The notes: generated by a model not told the origin, from the letters alone. A DNA stretch of 43,037 nt from Thermoplasmata archaeon (GCA_030037855.1 JASHPY010000082.1:1-43037); one strand, 5' to 3'; positions 1-9,531 are shown, numbered from the stretch's first letter. Program-made: numbers and translations.

Positions 1-234
1 GCCCCCCCGTCGAGCCCCGCACCGGTCGCGCCGCCCGCCCGTCCGCGCGTCTGCGTCAACTGCAAGACCCAGATGGCCCCGATGGGACCGATCTCGTTCC
101 GGACCGGTGGATGGACCGGGGGGACCGGGGTGCTCGCGGGCAGCTGGAACGCGGCGGCGGAGACGCTGCAGCCGTTCAGCCTGTACTACTGCCAGCAGTG
201 CGGCAAGTTCGACCTGTACTACGCCGGCACCTGA
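1..234 (+). CDS. Partial (5'-truncated) zinc-ribbon protein with Pro-rich linker
   Basis: Own translation of frame 1: APPSSPAPVAPPARPRVCVNCKTQM...LYYCQQCGKFDLYYAGT*, with two CxxC pairs; not in the ORF track. Confidence 0.75.
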   Translation, partial: APPSSPAPVAPPARPRVCVNCKTQMAPMGPISFRTGGWTGGTGVLAGSWNAAAETLQPFSLYYCQQCGKFDLYYAGT

Positions 235-335
235 CCGACCCGGCGGCGTGGCCCGGGGCGACTCCCTAAGTCGACCGACGCCGTACCTTCCGTACGTCCG
301 GCTACTCGGAGCGGCGCGTCGATCGTCCGCTGATC

Positions 336-749
336 GTGGTTCACGGCCGCGTCCTCGCTCCCGCGGCGTACCGTCCGCCGACGTTCGGGGAGGTCGAGGA
401 CACTCCGGAGTGGTGGAGCGCGCTCGGCACTTTCGGTGCGCTCCTGCTCGCAGCGGCGATCCTCACGGGGGTCGGGAGCGGGGAGGTGCTGGCGATCGCG
501 GGGGTCGCGTTCTTCCTCGCGGCGGGAGTCTTCGCGGGGGCGGAGAGGATTGAGACGGCCACGGCGGTCGGCGTGGCGGCGATCGTGTGGACCACCGCGG
601 GTATCTGGGTCGTTCGGGGCGGAGACTCGAGCCCGATCGCGACCCTCGTCGGCCTCGCGGTCGTCGGAACGCTCGGGCTTGCGCTCGGCGTCGCGGGGAC
701 GACGCGTGCGCTGCGGCGGACCAAACCGTCTTCGGACGGTGCGCGCTGA
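336..749 (+). CDS. Hypothetical membrane protein (about 4 TM)
   Basis: Four hydrophobic Gly/Ala-rich segments; 21 nt upstream of the next gene on the same strand. Confidence 0.7.
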   Translation: MVHGRVLAPAAYRPPTFGEVEDTPEWWSALGTFGALLLAAAILTGVGSGEVLAIAGVAFFLAAGVFAGAERIETATAVGVAAIVWTTAGIWVVRGGDSSPIATLVGLAVVGTLGLALGVAGTTRALRRTKPSSDGAR

Positions 750-770
750 GAACTGCCGGCGGCACCTAAC

Positions 771-1322
771 GTGCTCGAGCCAGAGCTCGCCCGAGGCCGT
801 GTACTTCGGTTGCACCGCAAGCCGCTCACTCCGGGACCGCGCGGCCCCCCGAAGCACGCGGTCCGGGAGGTGCGCATCACCCGGGCCGGCGTCGTGGGGG
901 ATCACAACGCCTACCGATACGAGGTCGCCGGCGACGACCCGGCGATGGCGGTACGGATCATGCCCGAGGAGATGCTCGCAGACCTCCACGCGAGGGGTTG
1001 GCCGATCCGGCCGGGCGACAGCGGCGAGCACCTCACGTCCGTGGGTCTTCGGTACGACGAGTTCGCCCCCGGACGTCGGTACCGGGCGGCGGAAACCCGG
1101 CTCGAGATCAGCAAGCCCTGCGCGCCGTGCGACGACCTCTCCCTCCTGCCGTACGTCGGTGCCGCGCGCGGACCCAAGTTCCTAAAAGTGATGCTCGATC
1201 GCCGAGGATGGAACGCGCGAGTCATCGAAGAAGGGCGAGTGAAAGTCGGTGGCCCGATCGTCCGAATGGAGAGGTCGGACGCTGGGGGCCCGCGCCCGCC
1301 GGTCGGCGCTCCCGTTAGATAG
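771..1322 (+). CDS. MOSC domain protein (YiiM-like)
   Basis: GVVGDH, PGDSGEHLT, LEISKPCAPC and RRGWNARVIEEGRVKVG match the MOSC pattern. Confidence 0.85.
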   Translation: MLEPELARGRVLRLHRKPLTPGPRGPPKHAVREVRITRAGVVGDHNAYRYEVAGDDPAMAVRIMPEEMLADLHARGWPIRPGDSGEHLTSVGLRYDEFAPGRRYRAAETRLEISKPCAPCDDLSLLPYVGAARGPKFLKVMLDRRGWNARVIEEGRVKVGGPIVRMERSDAGGPRPPVGAPVR

Positions 1323-1329
1323 ACTCCCC

Positions 1330-1725
1330 ATGTCATCGGAACCGATGCCCCGTCGAGCTCGTCCGCCCGCGCCTCGGGTCCCGGTCGAAAGGGTGGAGGC
1401 GGCGGTGCACGAGATGATTCACGCGATCGCGCCGGAGCTTCGCCGGGAAACGAAGTGGGGAATGCCCTGGTACGCGGGCACCGACCTGGTCGTGCTCCCG
1501 GTCGCCTACGCCGAACACGTCGGGGTCGAGTTCTGGCGGGGGACCTCCCTCACGGACCGACACCGCCTGCTCGAAGGAACCGGCAAGAACCTACGCCACG
1601 TCAAGGTGAAGGACATCGAAGAGGCGACCTCGCCCGGCTTGATCGAGCTCCTCCGAGAAGCGGTGGCCCTCGACCGGGCCGAGCCACCCCGCACCCGATC
1701 GACCCCCCGCGCGGCGGTGCACTGA
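1330..1725 (+). CDS. DUF1801 / YdhG-like protein
   Basis: ETKWGMPWY, FWRGTSLTD, LLEGTGKNLRHVK; start moved to ATG 1330. Confidence 0.85.
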   Translation: MSSEPMPRRARPPAPRVPVERVEAAVHEMIHAIAPELRRETKWGMPWYAGTDLVVLPVAYAEHVGVEFWRGTSLTDRHRLLEGTGKNLRHVKVKDIEEATSPGLIELLREAVALDRAEPPRTRSTPRAAVH

Positions 1726-1734
1726 CCCGTCGGT

Positions 1735-2613
1735 ATGACCTCGCCCGAGTCGGTCCCGGACGGCGTCGTCGCCCGGACCCAACAGAACCTCGTGTGGTTC
1801 CATCGATGCTCGCTGGCCCTCGGACCGGGTCCCCGCGTCCGAGAGTGGCCGGAAGCGACCGCGCTCGGAAGCGACCTACCGACGGAGGTCGTCAACACGC
1901 TGTTCGTGAACTCCGCGCCGGCGGACGCGCCCGAACTCCTCTCGCGCGCGCGCGCGTTCTTCCGAGAGGCGATCGCGTGGCGCGTGACCGCTCCCGACTC
2001 CCTCCGATCGTCGATCGAGTCCTACGCGGTCGCGGCGGGGATGCGCGCCGCGGCGCCCGAGCCCCGCATGATTCTCGCTCCCCTCCCCCGTGCCCCCGCG
2101 GCTCCGGCGGAGCTCGCGGTCCGCCGGGTGACGACCCGCGCCGAATGGCGGGACTTCTGCTCCGTTACCGCTCGCGCGTTCCGCATCCCCGCGTGGTACC
2201 TTCGGATTGCGTTCGCCCGACCTCTCGCCGGCGAAGCCGTGCCGTCCGGCTCGATCCGGCCGTTCGTCGGGTACGCGGGCGGGCGGCCGGTCGCCGCGGC
2301 CGCGCAGGCGACCTCGGACGACGTCGCCGGGATCTTCTTCGTCGGGACCGTACCCGACATGCGGCGGCGCGGCTACGGACAGGCGCTTACGTGGACCGCC
2401 GTGGAGGACGGCCGCTCGCTCGGAGCGGATGCGGCTTGGCTCCAGTCGAGTCCCGAGGGCCTTCCGCTCTACGAGCAGATGGGTTTCCGCCGAGTCGTGG
2501 ACGACCTCAGCTGGGTCTCTCGGCCCGCCGGCGCCGGGCAGTTCCGCGCCCTCCTCCGGCTCGTGGGTATGCTGGCTATACCGTCCCGGCGGCGCCGGCG
2601 CGCGGAGCCCTGA
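1735..2613 (+). CDS. GNAT family N-acetyltransferase
   Basis: VGTVPDMRRRGYG acetyl-CoA motif A; GLPLYEQMGF. Confidence 0.85.
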   Translation: MTSPESVPDGVVARTQQNLVWFHRCSLALGPGPRVREWPEATALGSDLPTEVVNTLFVNSAPADAPELLSRARAFFREAIAWRVTAPDSLRSSIESYAVAAGMRAAAPEPRMILAPLPRAPAAPAELAVRRVTTRAEWRDFCSVTARAFRIPAWYLRIAFARPLAGEAVPSGSIRPFVGYAGGRPVAAAAQATSDDVAGIFFVGTVPDMRRRGYGQALTWTAVEDGRSLGADAAWLQSSPEGLPLYEQMGFRRVVDDLSWVSRPAGAGQFRALLRLVGMLAIPSRRRRRAEP

Positions 2614-2774
2614 CCTCCCACCAGGGTCCCGGGACGCGCGGGTCGGACGAGTCCGTCTCGCTACCCGCCGGCCGGCACGTTACCCGAACTCGCCGGTGAG
2701 GCGGGTCCTCCCGGCGATACGAAACCTCCAAGTGGGGGAGATTCGATTAGGACCGGGGAGGAGCGTTCCGGCGA

Positions 2775-3197
2775 ATGGCGAAGCAACCGACGTGGGAGGA
2801 CGCGGACCTCCTGCTGCGGCTCGACGAGTTGGCCGCGCGCGAGGAGACCCGACGCGCGTTCGACTGGTTCCGCACCGTCCACCTGGGGGCCGAGATATCG
2901 GACGTCCATCCGATCCTTCGGGGGGCACCCGAGTTCGTCTACGTGCACCGGTTCATCGAGTTGTTCGAGACGATGGGCACGCTCGTGAAGTTCCACGTGC
3001 TCAACGAGGAGATGGTCCACGACCGCTGGATGGTCCGGTCCATCTGGGAGTTCCTGCGCCCCACGATCGAGCGCGAGCGTCGAACGATCGGTTCGCCCAG
3101 CCTGGCCGAGAACTTCGAGTGGCTCGCCCGGCGTAACCAGGAGTGGTACGACCGGCGGTCGGCCAAGCGTTCGAAGTCCGGCTCTTCGAAGTCCTGA
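2775..3197 (+). CDS. DUF4760-like protein (no TM anchor)
   Basis: LFETMGTLVKFHVLNEEM...ENFEWLA pattern; GGGGAGGAG RBS upstream. Confidence 0.7.
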   Translation: MAKQPTWEDADLLLRLDELAAREETRRAFDWFRTVHLGAEISDVHPILRGAPEFVYVHRFIELFETMGTLVKFHVLNEEMVHDRWMVRSIWEFLRPTIERERRTIGSPSLAENFEWLARRNQEWYDRRSAKRSKSGSSKS

Positions 3198-3346
3198 CGG
3201 ACTCGGAGCCGCGGGACTTCGACTCGTCATTCCCAGCCGCTGGCGACCCGTCGCCGCGACGTCGGGATCTCCGCTCCCCACGGAGCGCGACAGTGGGTCG
3301 ATGGTCTCAGCGCAGGCTCCGAGGTCGAGTCCGCGAGGAACAGGGT

Positions 3347-4216
3347 TCACTCGCCCGCGTCCGAGGACGGTCGAAGCCGCGCTCGGTCGACGACCACCCA
3401 TCGCCAGCCGTCCTCGACCTCCACGGGCGCGACCACGAGGTCGTTCCCCACGAGGTCGGTGTGGAACTGGAGGAGCGTGGAGAACACCTCGCTCGTGTCG
3501 TCGCCCGTCCGGCGCGCGATCTCCGCGAGACTCCCGATCCACGTTCCGTCCTGAACGAGCTCCCGGAGGACCCGGACGTACCGGGGAAGCCTCGGGTCGT
3601 TCGTCACCCGGACCCCGCGGGCGCTCGACACGGCCGTGTGCCACCGATGGGGGATCCGGCGATGGATCGCGGGAGGGAGGAGGGACCCCGGGGTCACCGG
3701 CGATCCGCTCACGGCTTCGGGAGCCGGAGGCGCTCGGCCCTGGATCGCGTCGACTTCGTGCATCAGCTGATCGAGCTCGTCCACCGCCCACGACTTCGGG
3801 CCCGCGGCCGCCGGCTTGTCCGCGGAGGCCGGGGAAGCGGGCTCGGGTGGCGCGGGAGGGTTGGGTGCCAGGAGCGGGATCGACACGTCGGGGTCCGACA
3901 CCCGCGCCTCGACGACCCGGGTGAACTCACGGATCATCTCCTCGGGCACGGGAGAGAGATTCCGACGCAGCCGGAACCGATCGATCGCCTCTCGCAGCTC
4001 GAGACTGGGCACGGGAAACGCGCGACGGTGCGCCCCATCCTGGAGCTCGAGCCACGGGCTGGAGCTCTCGTCGCGCAGCAATCGCATGCCCGCGTGCGTG
4101 ACGAGGTCCCGGTAGAGCTCGTGCGCCCGGGGGCCCCCGGTTGCCGACACCGGAGGGATCCACTCACCGCGGCTGAGGTGGCTCAGATCGAGGATCTCCA
4201 GTTCGTCGTTCGTCAA
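3347..4216 (-). CDS. Hypothetical two-domain protein with Pro/Ala linker and probable C-terminal wHTH
   Basis: Protein-like composition, unlike the Arg/Pro shadow frames; TTG start uncertain. Confidence 0.7.
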   Translation of the reverse strand: MTNDELEILDLSHLSRGEWIPPVSATGGPRAHELYRDLVTHAGMRLLRDESSSPWLELQDGAHRRAFPVPSLELREAIDRFRLRRNLSPVPEEMIREFTRVVEARVSDPDVSIPLLAPNPPAPPEPASPASADKPAAAGPKSWAVDELDQLMHEVDAIQGRAPPAPEAVSGSPVTPGSLLPPAIHRRIPHRWHTAVSSARGVRVTNDPRLPRYVRVLRELVQDGTWIGSLAEIARRTGDDTSEVFSTLLQFHTDLVGNDLVVAPVEVEDGWRWVVVDRARLRPSSDAGE

Positions 4217-4429
4217 CCGCGGACCACCCGTCGTACCCGGCTACGGGCTTCGGGACCCAGTGTGGGGCCCCGAACCACAGTCGGTCGGTGGGGTTTAGTT
4301 CTTTTCGAACGACAAGAAGCGCTCGCGGGGTCGTCGGGGCGGTGCCCGGGGCCCTCCGCTCGGACGAGCGGGCCGAACGCGGCCGGTGGGGCGCGAGCTT
4401 CATGCGGTCGGACCCCTACGGTCCCGGGG

Positions 4430-4579
4430 ATGTGCGACCTCCCCGAGGAGGAACTTGCCGAGTACCTGCTCTGGCTCGAGCGGGCCGAGGCTCGGGCGCG
4501 GACCGCGGCCCGACCCGCCCGCTCGCCGGCGCGCTTGGACCGCGAGTCGCCCCCCGAACCGGTGCTCGCGGACGCGTAG
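4430..4579 (+). CDS. Small hypothetical protein (49 aa)
   Basis: MCDLPEEELAEYLLWLERAEARAR..., amphipathic helix; cttcat TATA-like site about 25-30 nt upstream. Confidence 0.5.
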   Translation: MCDLPEEELAEYLLWLERAEARARTAARPARSPARLDRESPPEPVLADA

Positions 4580-4595
4580 CCCTTTCGCGACTGTC

Positions 4596-5354
4596 TCAGA
4601 ACCCTCGGAACATCTCGTAGTGGACGTCCGACTCGGCGACGCCGAGTTCCTCGACCAGGGTCCGGACCACGGCGTACACCATCTCGGGCAAGCCGGCGAC
4701 GTACCAGCGAGGTCGGCGCTCGGGGTGGCCGAACTCCTCGAGCCACGTGCGGTCGATGCGGCCCTGACGACCGCTCCACGGCTCGCGGGAATCCGCGCTT
4801 CGAGTCACGGTGTAGTGGACGTCGATGCCCGGTCGGTCCCGAGCGAGCCCCGAGAGCTCGGACCGGAAGATGAGCTCCTCCGGCACGCGGGCCGACTGGA
4901 GCAGCGTGAACGGTCCCGGGGCCTGCGTGTCCGCGGCGTAACGAAGCATCCCCCGAAACGGCGTCACCCCGATGCCGCCGGCCACGAACACCGCGGGTCT
5001 GCCGGGGTCGAACAGGAAGTGGCCGATCGGCCCGAAGACCTCGGCGGTCTCACCGCGCTCGAGTCGGGAGAACGCCTGCTTGAACGGCGTGTCGGAGATC
5101 TTGCAGGTGACCGAGAGGACCCCGGCCTCGCTCGGGCTCGACGAGAGGGAGAACGTCCGGACGGCGCCCCACGGATCATCGACTCCCGGGAGGTGTACGC
5201 GGACCGCCTGATTCGACAGATACCGAAACCCGGTTCCCTCGGTCGAGAACCGGAACGTCATCGAGGTCGGAGACTCCTCGCGGCGGTCGATCAGCGGTAG
5301 CACGTACCGACCGGGAACCGGAAGAGCGCTCGGGGGACCGCCGATCACGTGCAC
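4596..5354 (-). CDS. FAD-dependent oxidoreductase, ferredoxin-NADP+ reductase (FNR)-like
   Basis: RTFSLSS, GPIGHF, FVAGGIGVTPF, YVAGLPEMV and terminal EMFRGF; GTG start estimated. Confidence 0.85.
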   Translation of the reverse strand: MHVIGGPPSALPVPGRYVLPLIDRREESPTSMTFRFSTEGTGFRYLSNQAVRVHLPGVDDPWGAVRTFSLSSSPSEAGVLSVTCKISDTPFKQAFSRLERGETAEVFGPIGHFLFDPGRPAVFVAGGIGVTPFRGMLRYAADTQAPGPFTLLQSARVPEELIFRSELSGLARDRPGIDVHYTVTRSADSREPWSGRQGRIDRTWLEEFGHPERRPRWYVAGLPEMVYAVVRTLVEELGVAESDVHYEMFRGF

Positions 5355-5458
5355 GAGGGCGCGAGCCGGCCGACGTTGATAATGACTGGAGCCTCGAACC
5401 TCCGGTCGCGTGCCCATAAGCCCATATTCGTCCGAGCGGAAGGACCGCGGGACTCGCG

Positions 5459-6358
5459 ATGCCAACGCCCGAGGAAGAGCGGCGGAACCTGTTGCTCCTG
5501 GTCGTGGTCGGCCTGATCTGGGGGAGCGCGTACCCCGTCATTCGATACGGACTGCTCGCGGGGGCGACACCGGTCGCGTACGCCGCCGTGCGGTATGCCT
5601 TCTCGGCGGTCGCGATCGCCGGGCTCGCCGCCGCGATGCGGGTCCCTCGACCGACGGCCCGTTCGCTCGGGCTCTCGCTCGTGCTCGGCCTCCCGATCGT
5701 GGGCGTCTACGGCCTCCTCCTGTACGTGGGGGAGGTCACGACCTCGGGCGGGCTCTCGGCGATACTGATCGGCGTCGTGCCGATCCTGACCGTGCTGTTC
5801 GCCCTCCCCATCCTCCCCGGTGAACGGCTCCGGGCGCGGGCGCTGCTGGGGGTGCTGATCGGCTTTGTCGGGGTGTTCGTGCTCGTCTTCCCGCCGCCGG
5901 GCGTCGTGCTCGCGAGCACGATCTGGGGGCCCCTCGCGGTCATCGGGGCCGCCGCCAGCTTCGCCCTCGGCTCGGTCATCCTGCGCGCGAAGCGTCCCCA
6001 GGGGGAGACGCTCTGGGGCGTCTCGGCCCAGTTCGCGGCGGCGACCTTGTTCCTCGCGCTCGCCCTCCCGGTGGTCGAGCCGCACCCCGCGCTTCCCTTG
6101 ACGGACGGGGTGTTGCTTCCGCTCGTCTTCCTCGTGCTGTTCCCGTCGCTCGTCGGCTACGCGATGTACTTCGCGCTCCACCACCGGGTCGGTCCCGGTC
6201 GCGCGAACGTGGTCGCGTACGTGAACCCGGTCGCGGCGCTCGCGGTCGGGACGCTATTGCTCGGGGAGCCGTTCAACTGGTGGGAGCTCGCCGGCTTCGC
6301 GCTGGTCGTGATCGGACTGACCCTCGTCACCGGGCTCGGCCAGAAGCGCCCCGGATAG
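5459..6358 (+). CDS. EamA / DMT family transporter
   Basis: About 10 TM in two repeats; IWGSAY, YVNPVAA. Confidence 0.9.
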   Translation: MPTPEEERRNLLLLVVVGLIWGSAYPVIRYGLLAGATPVAYAAVRYAFSAVAIAGLAAAMRVPRPTARSLGLSLVLGLPIVGVYGLLLYVGEVTTSGGLSAILIGVVPILTVLFALPILPGERLRARALLGVLIGFVGVFVLVFPPPGVVLASTIWGPLAVIGAAASFALGSVILRAKRPQGETLWGVSAQFAAATLFLALALPVVEPHPALPLTDGVLLPLVFLVLFPSLVGYAMYFALHHRVGPGRANVVAYVNPVAALAVGTLLLGEPFNWWELAGFALVVIGLTLVTGLGQKRPG

Positions 6359-6444
6359 CGGCCGACCCCGCCCCGGGTCCGTCCCCCGTCCCGCTCGACC
6401 GCGCCACATCCGTTATCTTCCTCCTCGACCCCATACTGTCGAGG

Positions 6445-7620
6445 ATGCCGGAGAACTACGGCGGATTCGGCCCCGCCCGGCAGACCTCGATCTATCTGGC
6501 CTCGCTATCGGGGAAAGCACCGCCGATCCCCGTCTCGCCGGACGCGCTCGAGCGCGCGGCCGAACGCGTGCTGACGCCCGAAGCGTTCCACTACGTCGCG
6601 GGCGGGGCGGGGGGAGAGCGCACCGCCCGCCAGAACATCGCGGAGTTCGACCGGTGGCACCTCGTGCCCCGGATGATGCGCGACATCCACGAACGGGACA
6701 CTCGGGTGGAACTGTTCGGCCAGCGCATCCCCGCGCCTCTCCTCCTCGCCCCGATCGGGGCGCTCGAGGTCGTTCGACCCGACGCCGAGCTCGCGCTCGC
6801 GCGCGCGGCCGTCGCGACCGGGATCCCCCTGATCGCGAGCACGCTCACGTCGCGCTCGCTCGAGGAGATCGGGAGCGAGATGTCCGGCGCGAACCGCTGG
6901 TTCCAGCTCTACTGGGGACCGGACCGCGACCTCAACCTCAGCCTCGTCGGACGCGCGGAGAAGGCCGGGTACTCGGCGATCGTCCTCACCCTCGACACGC
7001 GGATCCTCGGGTGGCGGAGCCGGGACCTCGACCGGGGGTATCTTCCGTTTCTCGGCGGGGTCGGCCTCGCGAACTACTTCTCGGACCCCGTGTTCCGCTC
7101 CCGGCTCGCGGCGCCGCCCGAGCAGGACCTCCCCGCGGCGGTGCGCTACGCGCTCGCGACGTTCGGGGACCCGACGTTCTCGTGGGCCGACGTTCGGTTC
7201 CTGAGCGAGCGGACCTCGCTCCCGATCCTGGTGAAGGGCGTGCTCCACCCGCAGGACGCGACCGACGCGATGGAGGCCGGCGCGAACGGGTTGATCGTCT
7301 CGAACCACGGGGGTCGGCAGGTCGACGGCAGCGTGCCGGCGCTCCGCGCGCTTCCCGGCGTGCTCGCCGAGGCCGGCGACCGCATCCCGGTGCTCTACGA
7401 CGGGGGGATCCGCCACGGCGCCGACGTCGCGAAGGCGCTCGCGCTCGGGGCCCGGGCGGTCCTGCTCGGGCGGCCGTACGTCTGGGGTCTCGCGGTCGGA
7501 GGGGAGACCGGCGTCCGGGAGGTCGTAGAGAACCTCCTCGCGGACTTCGACCTCACGCTCGCCCTCTGCGGAATGGCGAAGCTCTCCGACGTCACCCGCG
7601 ACGCGATCGTGGCGGCCTGA
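6445..7620 (+). CDS. FMN-dependent alpha-hydroxy-acid oxidase (lactate 2-monooxygenase-like)
   Basis: YVAGGAG, WFQLY, SNHGGRQ, DGGIR, LLGRPY; LMO-type N-terminus QTSIYL. Confidence 0.9.
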   Translation: MPENYGGFGPARQTSIYLASLSGKAPPIPVSPDALERAAERVLTPEAFHYVAGGAGGERTARQNIAEFDRWHLVPRMMRDIHERDTRVELFGQRIPAPLLLAPIGALEVVRPDAELALARAAVATGIPLIASTLTSRSLEEIGSEMSGANRWFQLYWGPDRDLNLSLVGRAEKAGYSAIVLTLDTRILGWRSRDLDRGYLPFLGGVGLANYFSDPVFRSRLAAPPEQDLPAAVRYALATFGDPTFSWADVRFLSERTSLPILVKGVLHPQDATDAMEAGANGLIVSNHGGRQVDGSVPALRALPGVLAEAGDRIPVLYDGGIRHGADVAKALALGARAVLLGRPYVWGLAVGGETGVREVVENLLADFDLTLALCGMAKLSDVTRDAIVAA

Positions 7621-7696
7621 AGCCCCTCTCCCTGGGAGCCGATCCCCTCGCGTCGACGCGGGTCGCGAGGCGACGCACCGAGCGCGCGGCTCGTCC

Positions 7697-8383
7697 CTAC
7701 GAGCTCGGCTGCGTCGCCGGCGCGGCGGCGTGGGCCGGCGCGGTCTGCGGGAGGCTCACGAGCCCGAGGAACAGGAGCAGGATCCCGATGAACTCGGCGT
7801 AGTAGAGCGCGATCGGGAACGACGCGATATAGAGCGCGCCCCCGGCCCCCAGGATCACGGCGCCCGCGGCCATCAGGAGCGTCTGCCAGCGCCACGCGCG
7901 CCGTAGCGAGAGCGCCGTGGCCGTCAATAGTACGACCGTGGCCGGCACCGTCACGAGCGAAGAGAGCAGGATCAGCGAGAGCGGGGGATTCCCCGCGATG
8001 ATACCTCCCACGACCATCGAGGTGGGGAGCGGCGTGAGGGCGCTGGCGACCGCGACCGCGACCGAGGTCGCGACGATGTACCCCGTGTAGTAGAGCTCGA
8101 TCCGGGGGCTCCTCAGGATCTTCGTCGCGCCCAGCGAGAGCGTCCCGACGATCGCCGCGGAGCAGAACACGTAGAGCTGGAGAACCGGAGTCGAGACGTA
8201 GCCGAGATAGACCACCGACTCGACCGCCATCGCGGCGGTCGCGATCGCCAACCCGCTGCCCCACATCAACTGCGGACGCGAGCGACTCTCCCCGTAGCGG
8301 AGGAGCGCGCGGACGGAGAGGACGAACAGTAGCGCCGTGAGAAGTACGAGCGAGACCGTGATCAGCACCGTCTCAGCGTCCAC
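7697..8383 (-). CDS. Polytopic membrane protein (about 7 TM)
   Basis: About seven hydrophobic helices; GGAGG before GTG; AT-rich box at 8461-8470. Confidence 0.75.
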   Translation of the reverse strand: MDAETVLITVSLVLLTALLFVLSVRALLRYGESRSRPQLMWGSGLAIATAAMAVESVVYLGYVSTPVLQLYVFCSAAIVGTLSLGATKILRSPRIELYYTGYIVATSVAVAVASALTPLPTSMVVGGIIAGNPPLSLILLSSLVTVPATVVLLTATALSLRRAWRWQTLLMAAGAVILGAGGALYIASFPIALYYAEFIGILLLFLGLVSLPQTAPAHAAAPATQPSS

Positions 8384-8593
8384 GGCGCCTCCCGAGCTCG
8401 GGACCGTGACCGGCTCCCTGGGGGCCCGTCATCCGTCAACCGCACCGCAGGTGCCGAGCCGATTAATATCCCGGTCGTACGAAAAGTCCGGACCTCCCCC
8501 GCGTGCGACCGCCCTCGATCGGTCACCCCCGCGCGGTCGGCCGTCTCCGCGGGGTCGATGCCCGCGGGAACAGGGCCGGACCCGCGATCCGCC

Positions 8594-9409
8594 CTAGGCC
8601 GGCCGACGAGCGAGGACGGAGTACATCAGCGGAAACGAACCTTCCCGTCGCGGGAGTCGCCAACGTCCCTCGCGATCCGCCCCCATGCTCGCGTACCGGC
8701 GCCAGTGACTGAACGGATACTCGGTGAACTCTTCCACCTCGAGACCCGCGCCGCGCAGGGCCCGGAGGGCTTCGGAGACCGGGTGGATCCACTCGTACCG
8801 GGTCGCGTTCCGCAGGCGGGCTCCGGTGGTCGCATAGGTCTCCGACATCGAGTAGCGGATCGATCGGCGTCGAAAGTACCCCGTCCGGACCCGGAACCCT
8901 CCCTCCACCGGCTCCAGCACCTCGGCATAAGGGTGGTCCTCGGCGAAGAACAGTCGGCCCCCCGGTCGGAGCAACCCCGCGATCCCCTTCGCCCACCGAG
9001 ACAGATCCGGGAGCCAGCAGAGCGCGCCCTTTCCCGTGTAGACGATGTCGAACAGTTCGGGCAACCGCCGAGGAGCCGAGTAGACGTCGGACCGCACGAA
9101 CCGCGCCGGAAGTCGGGCGGCGCGGGCGAGCCGGCGCGCCGCGGTGAGCGCGGGCGCCGAGTAGTCGACCCCGGTGACACGCGCGCCGAGACGGGCCCAG
9201 GAGAGCGTGTCGAGTCCGATGTGGCACTGGAGGTGGAGGAGCGAACGGTCCCGGACCGGACCCACCGCGTCGACCTCGAGCGGCAAGAGCGTCGAAACGC
9301 CCCGGAGGAAGCCGGGGACGTCGTAGAACGACGAGGCGACGTGCAGTGGGGCCGCCTCGTCCCACATCCTCCGATTGACCGCCATGCGACGGTCGTTGAG
9401 GTCTCGCAC
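8594..9409 (-). CDS. Class I SAM-dependent methyltransferase
   Basis: LLHLQCHIGLDTLSWARLGA, VTGVDYS, FDIVYT, LLRPGG. Confidence 0.9.
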   Translation of the reverse strand: MRDLNDRRMAVNRRMWDEAAPLHVASSFYDVPGFLRGVSTLLPLEVDAVGPVRDRSLLHLQCHIGLDTLSWARLGARVTGVDYSAPALTAARRLARAARLPARFVRSDVYSAPRRLPELFDIVYTGKGALCWLPDLSRWAKGIAGLLRPGGRLFFAEDHPYAEVLEPVEGGFRVRTGYFRRRSIRYSMSETYATTGARLRNATRYEWIHPVSEALRALRGAGLEVEEFTEYPFSHWRRYASMGADREGRWRLPRREGSFPLMYSVLARRPA

Positions 9410-9531
9410 TCACTTCGGACCGCTCTCCGGTACATCAGCTCATGCGCGCGTACGGCCGGCCGGTCGCGGGCCCACCGCGACAAGCGACCTTGATGCGACC
9501 CCGTCGCGTTCGGGGAGCGAGCGGCGCGCGG

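Noticed and set aside
2640-2745. Hairpin followed by GAAAC, hammerhead-like
   Set aside because: No CUGANGA core in the right position.
3225-3325. TPP-riboswitch-like words on the minus strand (GCTGAGA, ACCC, GATC, GCCAGCG, GGGAA)
   Set aside because: It lacks the ACCTGAT core and correct spacing, lies between convergent genes, and no thiamine gene follows.
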